DNA from: Dehalococcoidia bacterium
GTDB lineage: Bacteria > Chloroflexota > Dehalococcoidia > UBA2979
Assembly: GCA_965262725.1 (NCBI GenBank)
Contig: OZ253555.1
Coordinates: 1,376,001 to 1,440,000, forward strand
Direction: 5' to 3'
Length of the DNA stretch: 64,000 nucleotides
Positions within the stretch are counted from its first letter, which is position 1, and each line of letters begins with the position of its first letter. The position numbers and the translations under genes were made by a program. Below, in pieces: positions 19,298 through 29,339 of this stretch. Below the pieces are notes generated by a model. The model did no database searches and was not told the DNA's origin. It worked only from the letters and a program-made list of their open reading frames with translations.

Positions 19298-20505
19298 GGG
19301 TTCTCTGAACAGGTCGCCGCGTCGTTACTGGAGCACATGCACACTCCGATGACTATATGCGATCATGGCACTCCTCCGGGAAAGGGGAGCGCTGCCATGC
19401 ATCAGCCGACATTCGCGAGAGTCGAGTTCGAGCGGGATGGCTACAAGACGCGCCGCCAGAAGTTCCTCGAACGGCTGGATGGCCTCGTCCCGTGGCAGAG
19501 GTTCGAAGCAGCCATCGAGCCCCACTACCCGAAACCGGGCCGCGGGCGGAGGCCCTACCCGCTCTCCGTGATGCTGCGCATCCATACCGTGCAACTCTGC
19601 TACAACCTCAGCGACCCCGGCATGGAGGATCTGCTCCACGAGGCCGAGTCGGTGCGAGCCTTTTGCTTCCTCACGCTCTCCGAGCCCATCCCCGACGAGA
19701 CGACGATCCTCAACTTCCGGCACCTGCTCGAGCGCCACTCCCTGGGTAGCAGGATCCTCCAACTCATCAACGAGCACCTCACGAGCAAGGGATTGAAGCT
19801 GAGCGAGGGCAGCATCGTGGATGCGACCATCATCTCGGCGCCATCGTCGACGAAGAATCGCGGGCGGGCGCGGGACCCGGAGATGCATCAGACCAAGAAG
19901 GGGAAACAGTGGTTCTTCGGGATGAAGCTGCACATCGGCGCCGACAGGGATACTGGACTGGTCCACAACTTCACGACCACGCCTGCGAACGTGTCGGACG
20001 TGTCTGAGACGCACCGCCTGCTGCACGGCGAGGAAGCCGAGGTCTACGGCGACGCCGGGTACCGGGGCGTGCAGAAGAGACCCGAGAACGCGGACTCCAG
20101 GGTCAAGGACTGGAACGTGGCGATGCGCCCGGGCCTCCGGCGTGCGCTCGACCCGGAGAGTCCTGAGGCCGTCGAGGAGAAGCGGAAGGCATCGGTGCGA
20201 GCGCTGGTGGAGCACCCGTTCTACAGCGTGAAGCGGCGCTTCGGCTACGCCAAGGTGCGGTACCGGGGTCTCTTCAAGAACCACGAGCGGTGTGCGGTCT
20301 TGCTGGGGTTCCACAACCTGCTCACCGCGAAGCCGCACCGTGCCTGACCGTGGGTGGAGTGCGCCCTCCCCGCCCCACACGGGGCGAGGAGGGGAGCCAC
20401 AGGGGCCCGCGAGGGGGCGGATATGACCACTGTCATCGGGAATCCGCCTGAGAGCGCCTGACCGCGGCGAAACTGGGTCGCTAGACCCACCTGATCAGAC
20501 TTGCC
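19298..20505 (+). mobile_element. IS5-family element, copy 2
   Basis: Same sequence as copy 1; CTAG at 19294-97 and 20506-09. Confidence 0.95.
19397..20347 (+). CDS. IS5-family transposase
   Basis: Translation identical to 15832-16782. Confidence 0.95.
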   Translation: MHQPTFARVEFERDGYKTRRQKFLERLDGLVPWQRFEAAIEPHYPKPGRGRRPYPLSVMLRIHTVQLCYNLSDPGMEDLLHEAESVRAFCFLTLSEPIPDETTILNFRHLLERHSLGSRILQLINEHLTSKGLKLSEGSIVDATIISAPSSTKNRGRARDPEMHQTKKGKQWFFGMKLHIGADRDTGLVHNFTTTPANVSDVSETHRLLHGEEAEVYGDAGYRGVQKRPENADSRVKDWNVAMRPGLRRALDPESPEAVEEKRKASVRALVEHPFYSVKRRFGYAKVRYRGLFKNHERCAVLLGFHNLLTAKPHRA

Positions 20506-20536
20506 CTAGAGGGGCGCCCGGAAGGCGGGAGCGGCG

Positions 20537-21637
20537 ATGGGCACCGAGCCGCTGCGGGCGGGACTGATCGGCGCGAGCGCCGAGGGGCGATGGGGCGCGC
20601 TCGCGCACGTTCCGGCGCTTCAGGCGCTCCCCGAATTCGATCTGCGCGCCGTCTGCGCCACCCGGCCCGAGACCGCGCGCGCCTCTCAGCGTGCGTACGG
20701 CGTTCCCCTCGCCTTCCACGATCACCGCGAGCTCGTCGCCCACCCGGAGATCGACGTCGTCGTCATCGCGGTGCGCGTGCCGCACCACGCCGAGCTGACG
20801 CACGCCGCGATTGCCGCCGGCAAGCACGTCGTGACCGAGTGGCCGCTCGCCCGCGATTCCGTCGAGGCGCGGCGGATGCTCGAGGCCGCCGAGGCCTCAG
20901 GCGTGCGCCACGCGGTCGGGCTGCAGGCGCGCACGAGTCCCGCCGTACTCGCCATCCGCGAGCTCGTCGACGGGGGCTTCGTGGGGGAGCCGCTCTCGGT
21001 CTCGGTCCGTCACGTGGCCCCGTTCGCCGGCGGCGGCGGGCGCACGACCGCGGGCGCGTGGGCGTCGCGCCGCTCCGGCGGCGCGACGATGCTCTCGATA
21101 CGCACCGGCCACGACCTCGACATGCTCCGCTTCTGTCTCGGCGAGCCGACCAGGCTCTCGGCCCGCGTGCGGACGCTTCGGCCCTGGCGGCTGACCGACA
21201 CCGGCGAGGAGACAGAGACCGACGCTCCGGACTCGATCCAGGTCACCGCCGAGCTCACGAGCGGAGCCACCGCGTCTCTGCACATCGGCGGCCACCCCGC
21301 GCCCGCGACCGGGTGGCGGATGGAGCTCCACGGCACGGACGGGACGCTCGTGGCGGAGACGCCCGGCCTCGTGCAGTGGGGCGCGATCCGCATCAGTGGC
21401 GCGCGCCGCGGCGAGGAGCTGCGCGAGCTGCCGGTGCCGGGGCGTCACCACTGGGTTCCGGCGGAGGTCCCGCCCGGCGAGCCCTACAACACCGCCCAGC
21501 TGTTGCGCCGCTTCGCCGGGGCGGTGTACGAGGGGCGGGAGATGGATCCGGACTTTCGGACGGCGCTCTCGATGCACGAGCTGCTCGACGCCATCCAGCG
21601 CTCCTCCGACGAGGCGCGGGAGATCGTGCTCGGCTGA
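20537..21637 (+). CDS. Gfo/Idh/MocA oxidoreductase
   Basis: AGLIGAS..WG..AHVPAL, GKHVVTEWPL, GHDLD. Confidence 0.88.
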   Translation: MGTEPLRAGLIGASAEGRWGALAHVPALQALPEFDLRAVCATRPETARASQRAYGVPLAFHDHRELVAHPEIDVVVIAVRVPHHAELTHAAIAAGKHVVTEWPLARDSVEARRMLEAAEASGVRHAVGLQARTSPAVLAIRELVDGGFVGEPLSVSVRHVAPFAGGGGRTTAGAWASRRSGGATMLSIRTGHDLDMLRFCLGEPTRLSARVRTLRPWRLTDTGEETETDAPDSIQVTAELTSGATASLHIGGHPAPATGWRMELHGTDGTLVAETPGLVQWGAIRISGARRGEELRELPVPGRHHWVPAEVPPGEPYNTAQLLRRFAGAVYEGREMDPDFRTALSMHELLDAIQRSSDEAREIVLG

Positions 21638-21661
21638 GCCCGGAAGCGGAGGAGGCGACGG

Positions 21662-23239
21662 ATGGGCGCGACGGGAGCGGGCGGTCCGGCCGAGAACACA
21701 CGCACGCTGGTCGTGGCGGCGGAGGCCCTGCCGCTCACCTACGATCCCGACGACTTCCTGACCAGCCACCCGGCCGAGGACTCGGATGTCGCCATCCAGA
21801 TCTTCGATCGACTCCTGACGTACGAGGACGGGGGAGCCGGGCCGGGGCGGAGCCAGGACCTCGGGAGGCTGCGCGGCGAGCTCGCGGAGAGCTGGGAGGT
21901 TCACGACGGCGGGCGGCGGCACGTGCTGCGTCTCCGTCCACTCCGCTCGGAGCACGGCCACACGCTCTCCGCTCAGGACGTCGTCTGGAGCTGGCACCGC
22001 GGCATCGAGCGGCGGCAGGTCGGGCGCTGGGTCGCGTTCATGGGCTCCGTGCCGCGCCGCTGGAGGCCCGGCAGCGAGGTGCGCGCCGTCGACGACGCGA
22101 CCGTCGAGTTCACGCTGGAGAAGCCCAATGCGCTCTTTCCCCATCTCCTGACGATGCAGGTACCGCCGATCATCGACGCGACGGCTGCGGGCTCCCACGC
22201 GACGGAGAGCGATCCGACCGCCGGCGGCTGGCTGCGCGAGGTGGCCTCCGGCTACGGCCCCTACGGTGTGGCGCGGCGCGACGAGCGTGAGCTCGTGCTC
22301 GCGGCCCGCGACGATCGGGGCCTGCCGCCGCCCCCGATCGAGAGCGTCGTCTACCGACTGCTCCCGCCCGGCCGCGACCGCGTCGACGCGCTTGTGGCGG
22401 GCGAGGTCGATCTCATCTTCGAGCCGACCGCGGCGGAGCAGCGCCGGCTGGGCCCGGCCGCGCGGCCGGGCGGTCCCGTCGAGCTCTTCCGCGCGCGGGG
22501 AAACGGGCATGTCTCGCTCCAGATGGACGCGAGGCGCCCTCCCTTCGACGACATCGAGGTGCGGCGCGCCCTCGCCCTCGCCGTGCCCTACGCGGAGATC
22601 GTGAGCGGCGTGTACGGGGCGGCCGCCCGGCCGTGGCGTGGCGTCGTCCCCGACACGCACAACGGGTACGTGGAGGCCGTCGCGCTCGCCGAGGATCTCG
22701 ACGCGAGCCGCGCGGCGCTGGCGCGGGCCGGCCGCACGTCCCTCTCCGCGGTGCTGCACTGCGACGGGGGAGCCGGGGACCTGGTCGCGGTGGCCGAGCG
22801 CGTCGCCGCATCGGCCGCTCGCGCCGGCATCGAGCTCGACGTGCAGCCGCTCCCCACCGGCGACTTCAAGTCGCGGCAGGTCGCCTTCGAGATGCCGCTC
22901 GCCGTCGACCGCGACGGCCACCGCTGCAATGAGATCGGCTACGGACTGCCGCACGACTTCGGCGACCGCCGGCACGGCATCACGAACTGGGTGCAGTACT
23001 CGAACGCCGAGGTCGACACCCTGATCGCCCGCGCCGAGGAGGAGAGCGATGCTGCCTCGCGGATGGCGCTCTTCGAGCGCGCGCAGCACCTCATCGCAGC
23101 GGACGTCCCGTGGGCCTTCCTCGCCCAGCCCTATTTCTGCGTGGCACACCGGAGGGGGCTCGGGGGCCTCTCGTGGCACTCGCGCCTCGGCGGCCACCCC
23201 CGCTACGCCGATCTCTCCTGGTTGGCTGGAGCGGCCTGA
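21662..23239 (+). CDS. ABC transporter family-5 substrate-binding-like protein
   Basis: GELAESWEV, DVVWSW, GYGPY, PFDDIEVRRAL. Confidence 0.75.
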   Translation: MGATGAGGPAENTRTLVVAAEALPLTYDPDDFLTSHPAEDSDVAIQIFDRLLTYEDGGAGPGRSQDLGRLRGELAESWEVHDGGRRHVLRLRPLRSEHGHTLSAQDVVWSWHRGIERRQVGRWVAFMGSVPRRWRPGSEVRAVDDATVEFTLEKPNALFPHLLTMQVPPIIDATAAGSHATESDPTAGGWLREVASGYGPYGVARRDERELVLAARDDRGLPPPPIESVVYRLLPPGRDRVDALVAGEVDLIFEPTAAEQRRLGPAARPGGPVELFRARGNGHVSLQMDARRPPFDDIEVRRALALAVPYAEIVSGVYGAAARPWRGVVPDTHNGYVEAVALAEDLDASRAALARAGRTSLSAVLHCDGGAGDLVAVAERVAASAARAGIELDVQPLPTGDFKSRQVAFEMPLAVDRDGHRCNEIGYGLPHDFGDRRHGITNWVQYSNAEVDTLIARAEEESDAASRMALFERAQHLIAADVPWAFLAQPYFCVAHRRGLGGLSWHSRLGGHPRYADLSWLAGAA

Positions 23240-23333
23240 GCAGCGATCGGTGCCGAAGCCCGGGCACCGCGGTGGGGTCGCCCCAGGCCGCGGCGCGTGA
23301 GGCGCGGCCCGGATCGCCAGGGGGGACGGTGAC

Positions 23334-24323
23334 GTGCGCGCGCAGCTGCTGGAGCGCCCGGGGCCGGGCGTGGTGCTCCGCGCAGTCGAGCTCCCCGATC
23401 CGTCGGCCCAGGCGGATGAGCTGTTGCTGCGGGTGGCGGCATGCGGCGTCTGCCGGACCGATCTGCAGCTCGCTCGCGGCGACCTCGCCGCGAGGCGGCT
23501 CCCGGTCGTCCCGGGTCACCAGGTCGTCGGCACCGTCGAGGGCGTCGGCTCCGCGGTCGAGGGGTGGCGCGTCGGCGAGCGGGCGGGTGTCACCTGGCTC
23601 GGCGGCTCGTGCGGCCGCTGCGGGCTCTGCCTGGGCGGCCGGGAGAATCTCTGCGAGCGCGCCGTCTTCACCGGGTGGGATCGCAACGGGGGATTCGCGG
23701 AGCGGATGACGGTGCGAGCCGCGTGGGCCGTCCGCCTGCCCGCGGGCTTCGGGGAGGTCGAGGCCGCGCCGCTGCTCTGCGGCGGCGTGATCGGCTACCG
23801 GGCGCTGCGCCTCGCCGGGCTCGAGGCGGGGCAGCGGCTGGGACTCTACGGATTCGGCGCATCGGCGCTGCTCACAATCCAGGTTGCGCTTCACCGCGGC
23901 CTCGACGTGCACGTCGCCACGCGCTCGGCGGACGACCGCGAGCGCGCCCGCGCGCTGGGGGCACGCTCCTGGGGCGGCTACGACGAGGCCCCGCCCGAGC
24001 CGCTGGACGCCGCGATCACGTTCGCGCCGTCGGGCGAGGTCGTGGTCGCGGCGCTCTCGGCGCTCGGGCCCGGCGGGACGGTCGTGGTCAACGCCATCCA
24101 TCTCGATCGGATCCCGGCGTTCCCGTACCGGCTGCTCTGGGGCGAGCGCACGCTGCGCTCGGTCGCGAACGTCACGTCGGCGGATGCGCGCGAGTTCCTG
24201 GAGCTGGCCGCGGCGATCCCCGTCCGCGCGACCGTCGAGGAGCACGCGCTCGCGGGCGCGAACCTCGCGCTCGCGCGTCTCGAGCGGGGCTCCGTCGGAG
24301 GCGCGGCGGTGCTCGTGCCCTGA
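23334..24323 (+). CDS. Zinc-dependent alcohol dehydrogenase family protein
   Basis: CGVCRTD, PGHQVVG, CGRCGLC..ENLC, GFGASA. Confidence 0.9.
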   Translation: MRAQLLERPGPGVVLRAVELPDPSAQADELLLRVAACGVCRTDLQLARGDLAARRLPVVPGHQVVGTVEGVGSAVEGWRVGERAGVTWLGGSCGRCGLCLGGRENLCERAVFTGWDRNGGFAERMTVRAAWAVRLPAGFGEVEAAPLLCGGVIGYRALRLAGLEAGQRLGLYGFGASALLTIQVALHRGLDVHVATRSADDRERARALGARSWGGYDEAPPEPLDAAITFAPSGEVVVAALSALGPGGTVVVNAIHLDRIPAFPYRLLWGERTLRSVANVTSADAREFLELAAAIPVRATVEEHALAGANLALARLERGSVGGAAVLVP

Positions 24324-24426
24324 GCGGGGGCTTCCGTCGCTGCGCGTCGGGGGTGGGAGCGCGGGGCGCGCGGCGGCCGGTGCCGGCTGCTACCATCGCG
24401 CCTCGCGAAGTGCGGGGAGCCGGGAC

Positions 24427-25536
24427 ATGCGATCGAGGCGCGTGCTCGCCGCCGTCGTCGCGCTCACCGCCGCGCTCTCCGTGGGCGGCGGCGCGGCGCA
24501 GGCGGAGCACCCGGTGCTGGGCGCGTTCGTGGGCGTGCCGCCCTCGGGATCCTCCCTCGGCGTGGTCGTGACGACGGAGTCGGTGCCCGCTGCGGCGCTC
24601 GTCGCGACCATGCGGCAGGCGGGCTGCGACCCGATGAGCATGAGCATGGTGGCCTCCGGCGCGACCCGAGTCTTCGTTCCCGGCGCGCCACGCTTCGTGA
24701 ACGCGCGCTTTCCCGGGACGGTTCGGGGCGGGACGCAGATCGTGGTGCGATGCGCGGCCGCTGTCGTGCCGTCCGTCGACCCGGAGAACGCGAGCTACGT
24801 GATCGACGGCAGGACGCTGACGCTCGCGGACGGCCGCTACGACGTTCCGGCCGCCCCCGGCTCGGCGGCGCGCGATGTCACCGAGCTCGGCGCGCACCGC
24901 TCGTACGGCGATCTCGACGGCGACGGCGTCGCCGACGCTGCCGCTGCGCTGGTGCAGAACCCCGGCGGGACCGGCACCTTCCACTATCTGGCAGTGGAGC
25001 CGGGCGGCTCACACCGACCGGCTCCGACGGTCTTTCTCGGCGACCGCGTGATCGTCGAGCACGTCGCGATCGCGCACGGCCGCGTCACCGTCGCCTATCT
25101 GAACCGGAGCTTCGGCGATGCCATGGCGTTCCCGCCGACGGTCCCGATCGTGCGGCACTTCGCGCTGGAGGACGGCGCGCTCGTCGACGTGGGGAGCGGT
25201 GCCTGCGAGGCGCCGGCCCTCGAAACGGTAGGCTCGTTCGTGATCGTGACCTCGCCCCCCTCGGGGACAGAGGTGCTGGCGCGCTTCGCCGTGACCGGCT
25301 GCTCGCGCACCTTCGAGTCGACCGTGAACTGGCGCCTGCTCGACCGCGAAGGGGCCGAGCTCGCCTCCGGCTTCGCCAGCGGCGGCGGAGTCGACGGGCT
25401 CGCCCGCTTCGCCTTTACCGTCGAGTACGACGTCTCTTCGCGGCAGGTCGGCCGCCTCGAGGTCTTCGAGGTGGACGCCTCCGAGGGCGAGGGACTGCCG
25501 CCCCCGATGGAGGCGATCACGCTGATCCTGCGCTAG
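24427..25536 (+). CDS. Secreted protein with C-terminal Gmad2 Ig-like domain
   Basis: Signal-like N-terminus MRSRRVLAAVVALTAAL; GDLDGDG; TFESTVNWRLLD. Confidence 0.65.
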   Translation: MRSRRVLAAVVALTAALSVGGGAAQAEHPVLGAFVGVPPSGSSLGVVVTTESVPAAALVATMRQAGCDPMSMSMVASGATRVFVPGAPRFVNARFPGTVRGGTQIVVRCAAAVVPSVDPENASYVIDGRTLTLADGRYDVPAAPGSAARDVTELGAHRSYGDLDGDGVADAAAALVQNPGGTGTFHYLAVEPGGSHRPAPTVFLGDRVIVEHVAIAHGRVTVAYLNRSFGDAMAFPPTVPIVRHFALEDGALVDVGSGACEAPALETVGSFVIVTSPPSGTEVLARFAVTGCSRTFESTVNWRLLDREGAELASGFASGGGVDGLARFAFTVEYDVSSRQVGRLEVFEVDASEGEGLPPPMEAITLILR

Positions 25537-25564
25537 CTGGCGCGGCGCAGGGGAGGGAGCAGCA

Positions 25565-26311
25565 GTGGCGCCGATCGCCGCCGTGCTCTTCGACCTCGAC
25601 GAGACGCTTCTCGACGACGATGCCTCGATGCGGCGCGCGGTCGCTGCCGTATGCGCGTCGCTGGCGGAGGGCTATGGGCTCTCGGCCGAGCGCCTCTCGA
25701 AGGCGTGCATCGACTTCGCCTCCGCTGCGTGGGCGGAGCTGGGGAGCGTGACGGCGACAGACGTGCTGCGGGACGGACGGGCCATCCGCGTCTGGATGTG
25801 GACCGAGGTCCTCGGGAAGTTCGACCCCGGGCTTCGCGCTGTCGCCGAGCGTGCCGCGGAGCAGTACAGCCTGGCCAGGCGCCGGACGTATGCGCTCTTC
25901 GAGGACGTCATACCCGCGATAGAGAGTCTGGCCGCGAGCTACAGGCTCGGCGTCGTCACCAACGGCCCCGGGGACACGCAACGAGAGAAGCTCGGGGCAC
26001 TGGAGCTCGACCGGTACTTCGAGACGGTCGTGGTATCCGGAGACGCCGGCGTGGGGAAGCCCGACCCGGCGATCTTCGGGCTCGCCCTGGAGGCGCTGGA
26101 TCTCGAGCCGCACCGCGCCGTGCACGTCGGGGACTCGCTCGCAAGCGATGTCGCCGGTGCCGCCCGGGCGGGAGTCCACACTGTGTGGCTCAATCGCTCG
26201 GGCGCGGTGCTCCCACACGCTGCGGTGCGTCCCGGGACCACCATCGACACCCTGGCGGATCTATCGGCCGTGGTTTCGCGCATCCGCGAGGGCGCGGCCC
26301 CCTCGTCGTGA
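25565..26311 (+). CDS. HAD-family hydrolase
   Basis: FDLDETL, VTNG, KPDP, GDSLASD. Confidence 0.9.
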   Translation: MAPIAAVLFDLDETLLDDDASMRRAVAAVCASLAEGYGLSAERLSKACIDFASAAWAELGSVTATDVLRDGRAIRVWMWTEVLGKFDPGLRAVAERAAEQYSLARRRTYALFEDVIPAIESLAASYRLGVVTNGPGDTQREKLGALELDRYFETVVVSGDAGVGKPDPAIFGLALEALDLEPHRAVHVGDSLASDVAGAARAGVHTVWLNRSGAVLPHAAVRPGTTIDTLADLSAVVSRIREGAAPSS

Positions 26312-26758
26312 CCCCCGCGACGGTCGGTCGCGTTCGCCCGCCTGCTCCCCGGCGGTGCCGTGTGGCATGTGCGCTGGTGCTGGTTGTAGCGCCTAGGCCG
26401 TCGGATGCCGGGGAGCGTTCCACTCGGGGTTCGCCCCGCGCCGTACCTGAGCGCTGAAGTTCTGGTACGGCGCGCCGGGCAGCGAGTAGTCCTGGAGCGA
26501 GCTCAGCTCGATGAGTGTGTGGAGCCCGAAGCCGCCGCGGGGGATGCCCGTGCCGTCGCTGAGGCTGCTGGCCGAAGTCCCTGATGTCATCGCGCGTCCC
26601 CTTCTCCGGTGGTCTCCCTGCACGTCGTCGCCCGCGGATAGTAGCAGCAGCCGGGCGGCTTGCTCCTCCCCACGCTGGCGCCCCGGGTCCGGGGCACCGG
26701 ACAGGATCGCCGGGTCGGCGCTAGTCTGAGCCTGCGCGGAATCGAGGGACACGCAGCG

Positions 26759-27730
26759 ATGACCGGCGGGCCGCGGCTGGGCGTGGGTTTCGCGATACCT
26801 CAGGCGCTCCCGGAGGGGCCGCCCGATGCGGCGCTGGCCGCCGGGCAGGTCGAGCGGGTGCGTCTGGTCGCGCGCCGGGCCGAGGAGATCGGCTACGAGG
26901 GTGGCTGGGTCGCCGAGCAGGTCGTCGGCGATCGCCGCCTCGTGGAACCGGTCGTCCTCCTCTCCTACGTGGCCGGCATCACGTCGGTGCTGGGCCTGGG
27001 CTGCTCGGTCTTCATCCTGCCGCAGCGCCAGCCCGTCACCTTCGCGAAGCAGCTCGCGGGTCTCGATCTCATGAGCGGAGGCCGGCTCACCGTCGGGCTC
27101 GGGATCGGCGCTTCCGACGAGCTGGCGCCGGCCTTCGGTGTCGCCCGCGGGCGGCGGGCGGCCCGCTTCGCCGAGGCCGTGGGGGTGATGGATCGGCTGT
27201 GGGGCGGCGGCCGGGTCGACGTCACCGGTGAGTTCTTTCGCCTCGACGGCGTGCAGATCGACGCGGGCCCCCTCCAGAGGCCGCGGCCCCGGCTCTGGCT
27301 CGGCGGCCACGCCGTGCCCGCGCTCCGGCGTGCCGTCCGCGTCGCCGACGGGTGGATGGGCGCGGGCGCGTCGAGCGGCGACGCCTTCGCCGAGCAGCTG
27401 GCGATCGTGCGGAGGATGCTGGAGGAGACGGGACGCGACCCGGCGACCTTCGCGCTCTCCAAGCGCGTCTACGTGAGCGTCGACGGTCGCGGCGACCGTG
27501 CGAGGGCGCGGGTCAGGGGATCGAGGCTGGCGGAGAGTGCAATCGTCGGGCGGCCGGAAGAGGTGATCGCGCGCCTCGAGGAGCTGCTCGCGACGGGACT
27601 GGATCACCTGCTGCTCGATCCGGTCGCGGAGCACGAGTACCACCTGGAGGCGCTCGCGCCGCTCGCCTCGCGCGGCGTCGACGGGCCGCGGCGGGGGAGC
27701 GGAGACGGCGCGCCGGCACGGGCCGGGTAG
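26759..27730 (+). CDS. LLM-class flavin-dependent oxidoreductase
   Basis: AEEIGYEGGWVAE, LDLMSGGRLTVGLG, PLQRPRPRLWLGG. Confidence 0.85.
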   Translation: MTGGPRLGVGFAIPQALPEGPPDAALAAGQVERVRLVARRAEEIGYEGGWVAEQVVGDRRLVEPVVLLSYVAGITSVLGLGCSVFILPQRQPVTFAKQLAGLDLMSGGRLTVGLGIGASDELAPAFGVARGRRAARFAEAVGVMDRLWGGGRVDVTGEFFRLDGVQIDAGPLQRPRPRLWLGGHAVPALRRAVRVADGWMGAGASSGDAFAEQLAIVRRMLEETGRDPATFALSKRVYVSVDGRGDRARARVRGSRLAESAIVGRPEEVIARLEELLATGLDHLLLDPVAEHEYHLEALAPLASRGVDGPRRGSGDGAPARAG

Positions 27731-27740
27731 CGGGAGGAGG

Positions 27741-28265
27741 ATGGCGATGGGACGCAAGTACAACACCGAGCGCGCCGTCTCGGCCGAGGAGGCCGAGATG
27801 CATCGCGCGGAGATCCTCGCCTTCATGGCGGATTGGGACGATGTCGCGAAGTACTTGCTCACCTACCGGCGGGACGGCCGGCCGCGCATGCGCCCGGTCG
27901 GTGCCTACATGGACGGGTGGCACATCCAGACCCTGACGCAGGACGTGCACCTGAAGACCGGCCACGTCAGACGCGACGGCCGCGTCGCCTACCTCTTCTC
28001 CGGGATGAGCGGCCGCGATCGCGGCAATGACCCCGTGAGCGTCTTCGTGGAGGGCGTCGCCGAGCTGATAGAGGACCAGGAGAGCGTGAGGCGCTTCGTG
28101 CTCTGGCGGGCGGAGCGGCTCGGCCTCGATCCGAGCTACCCGCGCGACGACTTCGTCCCGTTCCTGATCCGCACGACGCCGCTCTACCTGCGCGCCGAGG
28201 GCTTCACCGGCCGCCGCCACCCCGTCGTGTACACGAGCTTCCCGGTGGCGGCCGCGCCGTCGTAG
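27741..28265 (+). CDS. Pyridoxamine 5'-phosphate oxidase-like split-barrel protein
   Basis: LTYRRDGRPRMRPV, KTGHVRRDGRVA, VEGVAE. Confidence 0.65.
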   Translation: MAMGRKYNTERAVSAEEAEMHRAEILAFMADWDDVAKYLLTYRRDGRPRMRPVGAYMDGWHIQTLTQDVHLKTGHVRRDGRVAYLFSGMSGRDRGNDPVSVFVEGVAELIEDQESVRRFVLWRAERLGLDPSYPRDDFVPFLIRTTPLYLRAEGFTGRRHPVVYTSFPVAAAPS

Positions 28266-28363
28266 CGGCGCGGTCACCGGACCGCACCCGGGCTCCGTGG
28301 CCGGATCGGCGGTCGAAAGCGCGCGCGCCTTCGTCGTAGCATGGGGCTCGTCTCGGTGACTGT

Positions 28364-28532
28364 GGAGGAGGGGCGCGATGAACCAGACCATGACGATGCT
28401 CAAGCGCGGCTTTGTGCTGAGCCCGCACGGGAACATCGAGTACTGGGAGGAGGGGCGCGATGAACCAGACCATGACGATGCTCAAGCGCGGCTTTGTGCT
28501 GAGCCCGCACGGGAACATCGAGTACTGGGAGG
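28364..28532 (+). repeat. 82-bp perfect tandem duplication of RBS plus first 22 codons
   Basis: Units 28364-28445 and 28446-28527 with GGAGG microhomology. Confidence 0.92.
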
Positions 28533-29281
28533 TGGGGAGCGGGAAGCCGCTCGTCATGCTCCACTCCACCCCGAGCTCCTGCATGGCCTTCCGCGACGTG
28601 GCGCCGCTCCTCGCCGGCGAGGTGCGCGTGATCTCGATGTCGACGATGGGTTTCGGCCAGTCGGACCGTCCGCCCGAGGCGTACACCACGCTCCACCAGT
28701 TCGCGCAGGCTGTGGTGTGGTTGATGGATGGGCTTGAGCTAGAGAGGGCGAGCGTCTATGGGCTGCTCACGGGCTCCGAGATCGCGGCCGAGGTGGCCGC
28801 CAGCTGGCCCGAGCGCGTTGACCAGCTGATTCTCGATGAGGTCTTCAACTGGAACACGCCGTCGCGCAGAGCCGTGCACGAGCGTCTCCATCGCTACATC
28901 CCCGCGCAGCCGGACGGCAGCCACCTGCTCGAGCTCTGGCGCAAGGTCGGCGGCGACCGCCCGTCCGTGGACCTCAAGGTCGCGACGCAGCGCTTCATGA
29001 ACAACCTGCTCGTCAACTCGAACGAGGGGGCCGCGGTCTACGGGAGCACCGGGTGGGAGGGCGCCGCCACCTACGCCATGTGCCGCTACGAGATGTGGGA
29101 CGCGACGCCGAAGATCGAGGCGCCGACGCTCGTGATGCACACGGTCGACAGCGAGCGCGGGCGCGCACACCCGAAGTTCCTCCGGACGATCCGCCGCTCG
29201 CGCGGCGTGCGCCTCCCCAACCGCGAGCCCGAGCTCTGGGCCTCCGAGCTCCTCGCCTTCCTGAGGGAGCCGGGGGTCTAG
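28460..29281 (+). CDS. Alpha/beta-hydrolase fold protein with atypical nucleophile elbow
   Basis: PLVMLH, GFGQSD, GLLTG. Confidence 0.8.
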   Translation: MNQTMTMLKRGFVLSPHGNIEYWEVGSGKPLVMLHSTPSSCMAFRDVAPLLAGEVRVISMSTMGFGQSDRPPEAYTTLHQFAQAVVWLMDGLELERASVYGLLTGSEIAAEVAASWPERVDQLILDEVFNWNTPSRRAVHERLHRYIPAQPDGSHLLELWRKVGGDRPSVDLKVATQRFMNNLLVNSNEGAAVYGSTGWEGAATYAMCRYEMWDATPKIEAPTLVMHTVDSERGRAHPKFLRTIRRSRGVRLPNREPELWASELLAFLREPGV

Positions 29282-29339
29282 CGAGTCGGCGGACGGCGCG
29301 CGGCCCTCGGGACCGGACCGCCGCCGCTCGCTCCCCGAT

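Noticed and set aside
15733-20505. Composite transposon formed by two direct IS5 copies
   Set aside because: Each IS5 has its own CTAG duplication and the enclosed DNA is continuous with outside elements, indicating independent insertions
26393-26590. Possible 65-aa minus-strand ORF with a purine-rich upstream sequence
   Set aside because: No recognisable motif; cannot be supported without a homology search
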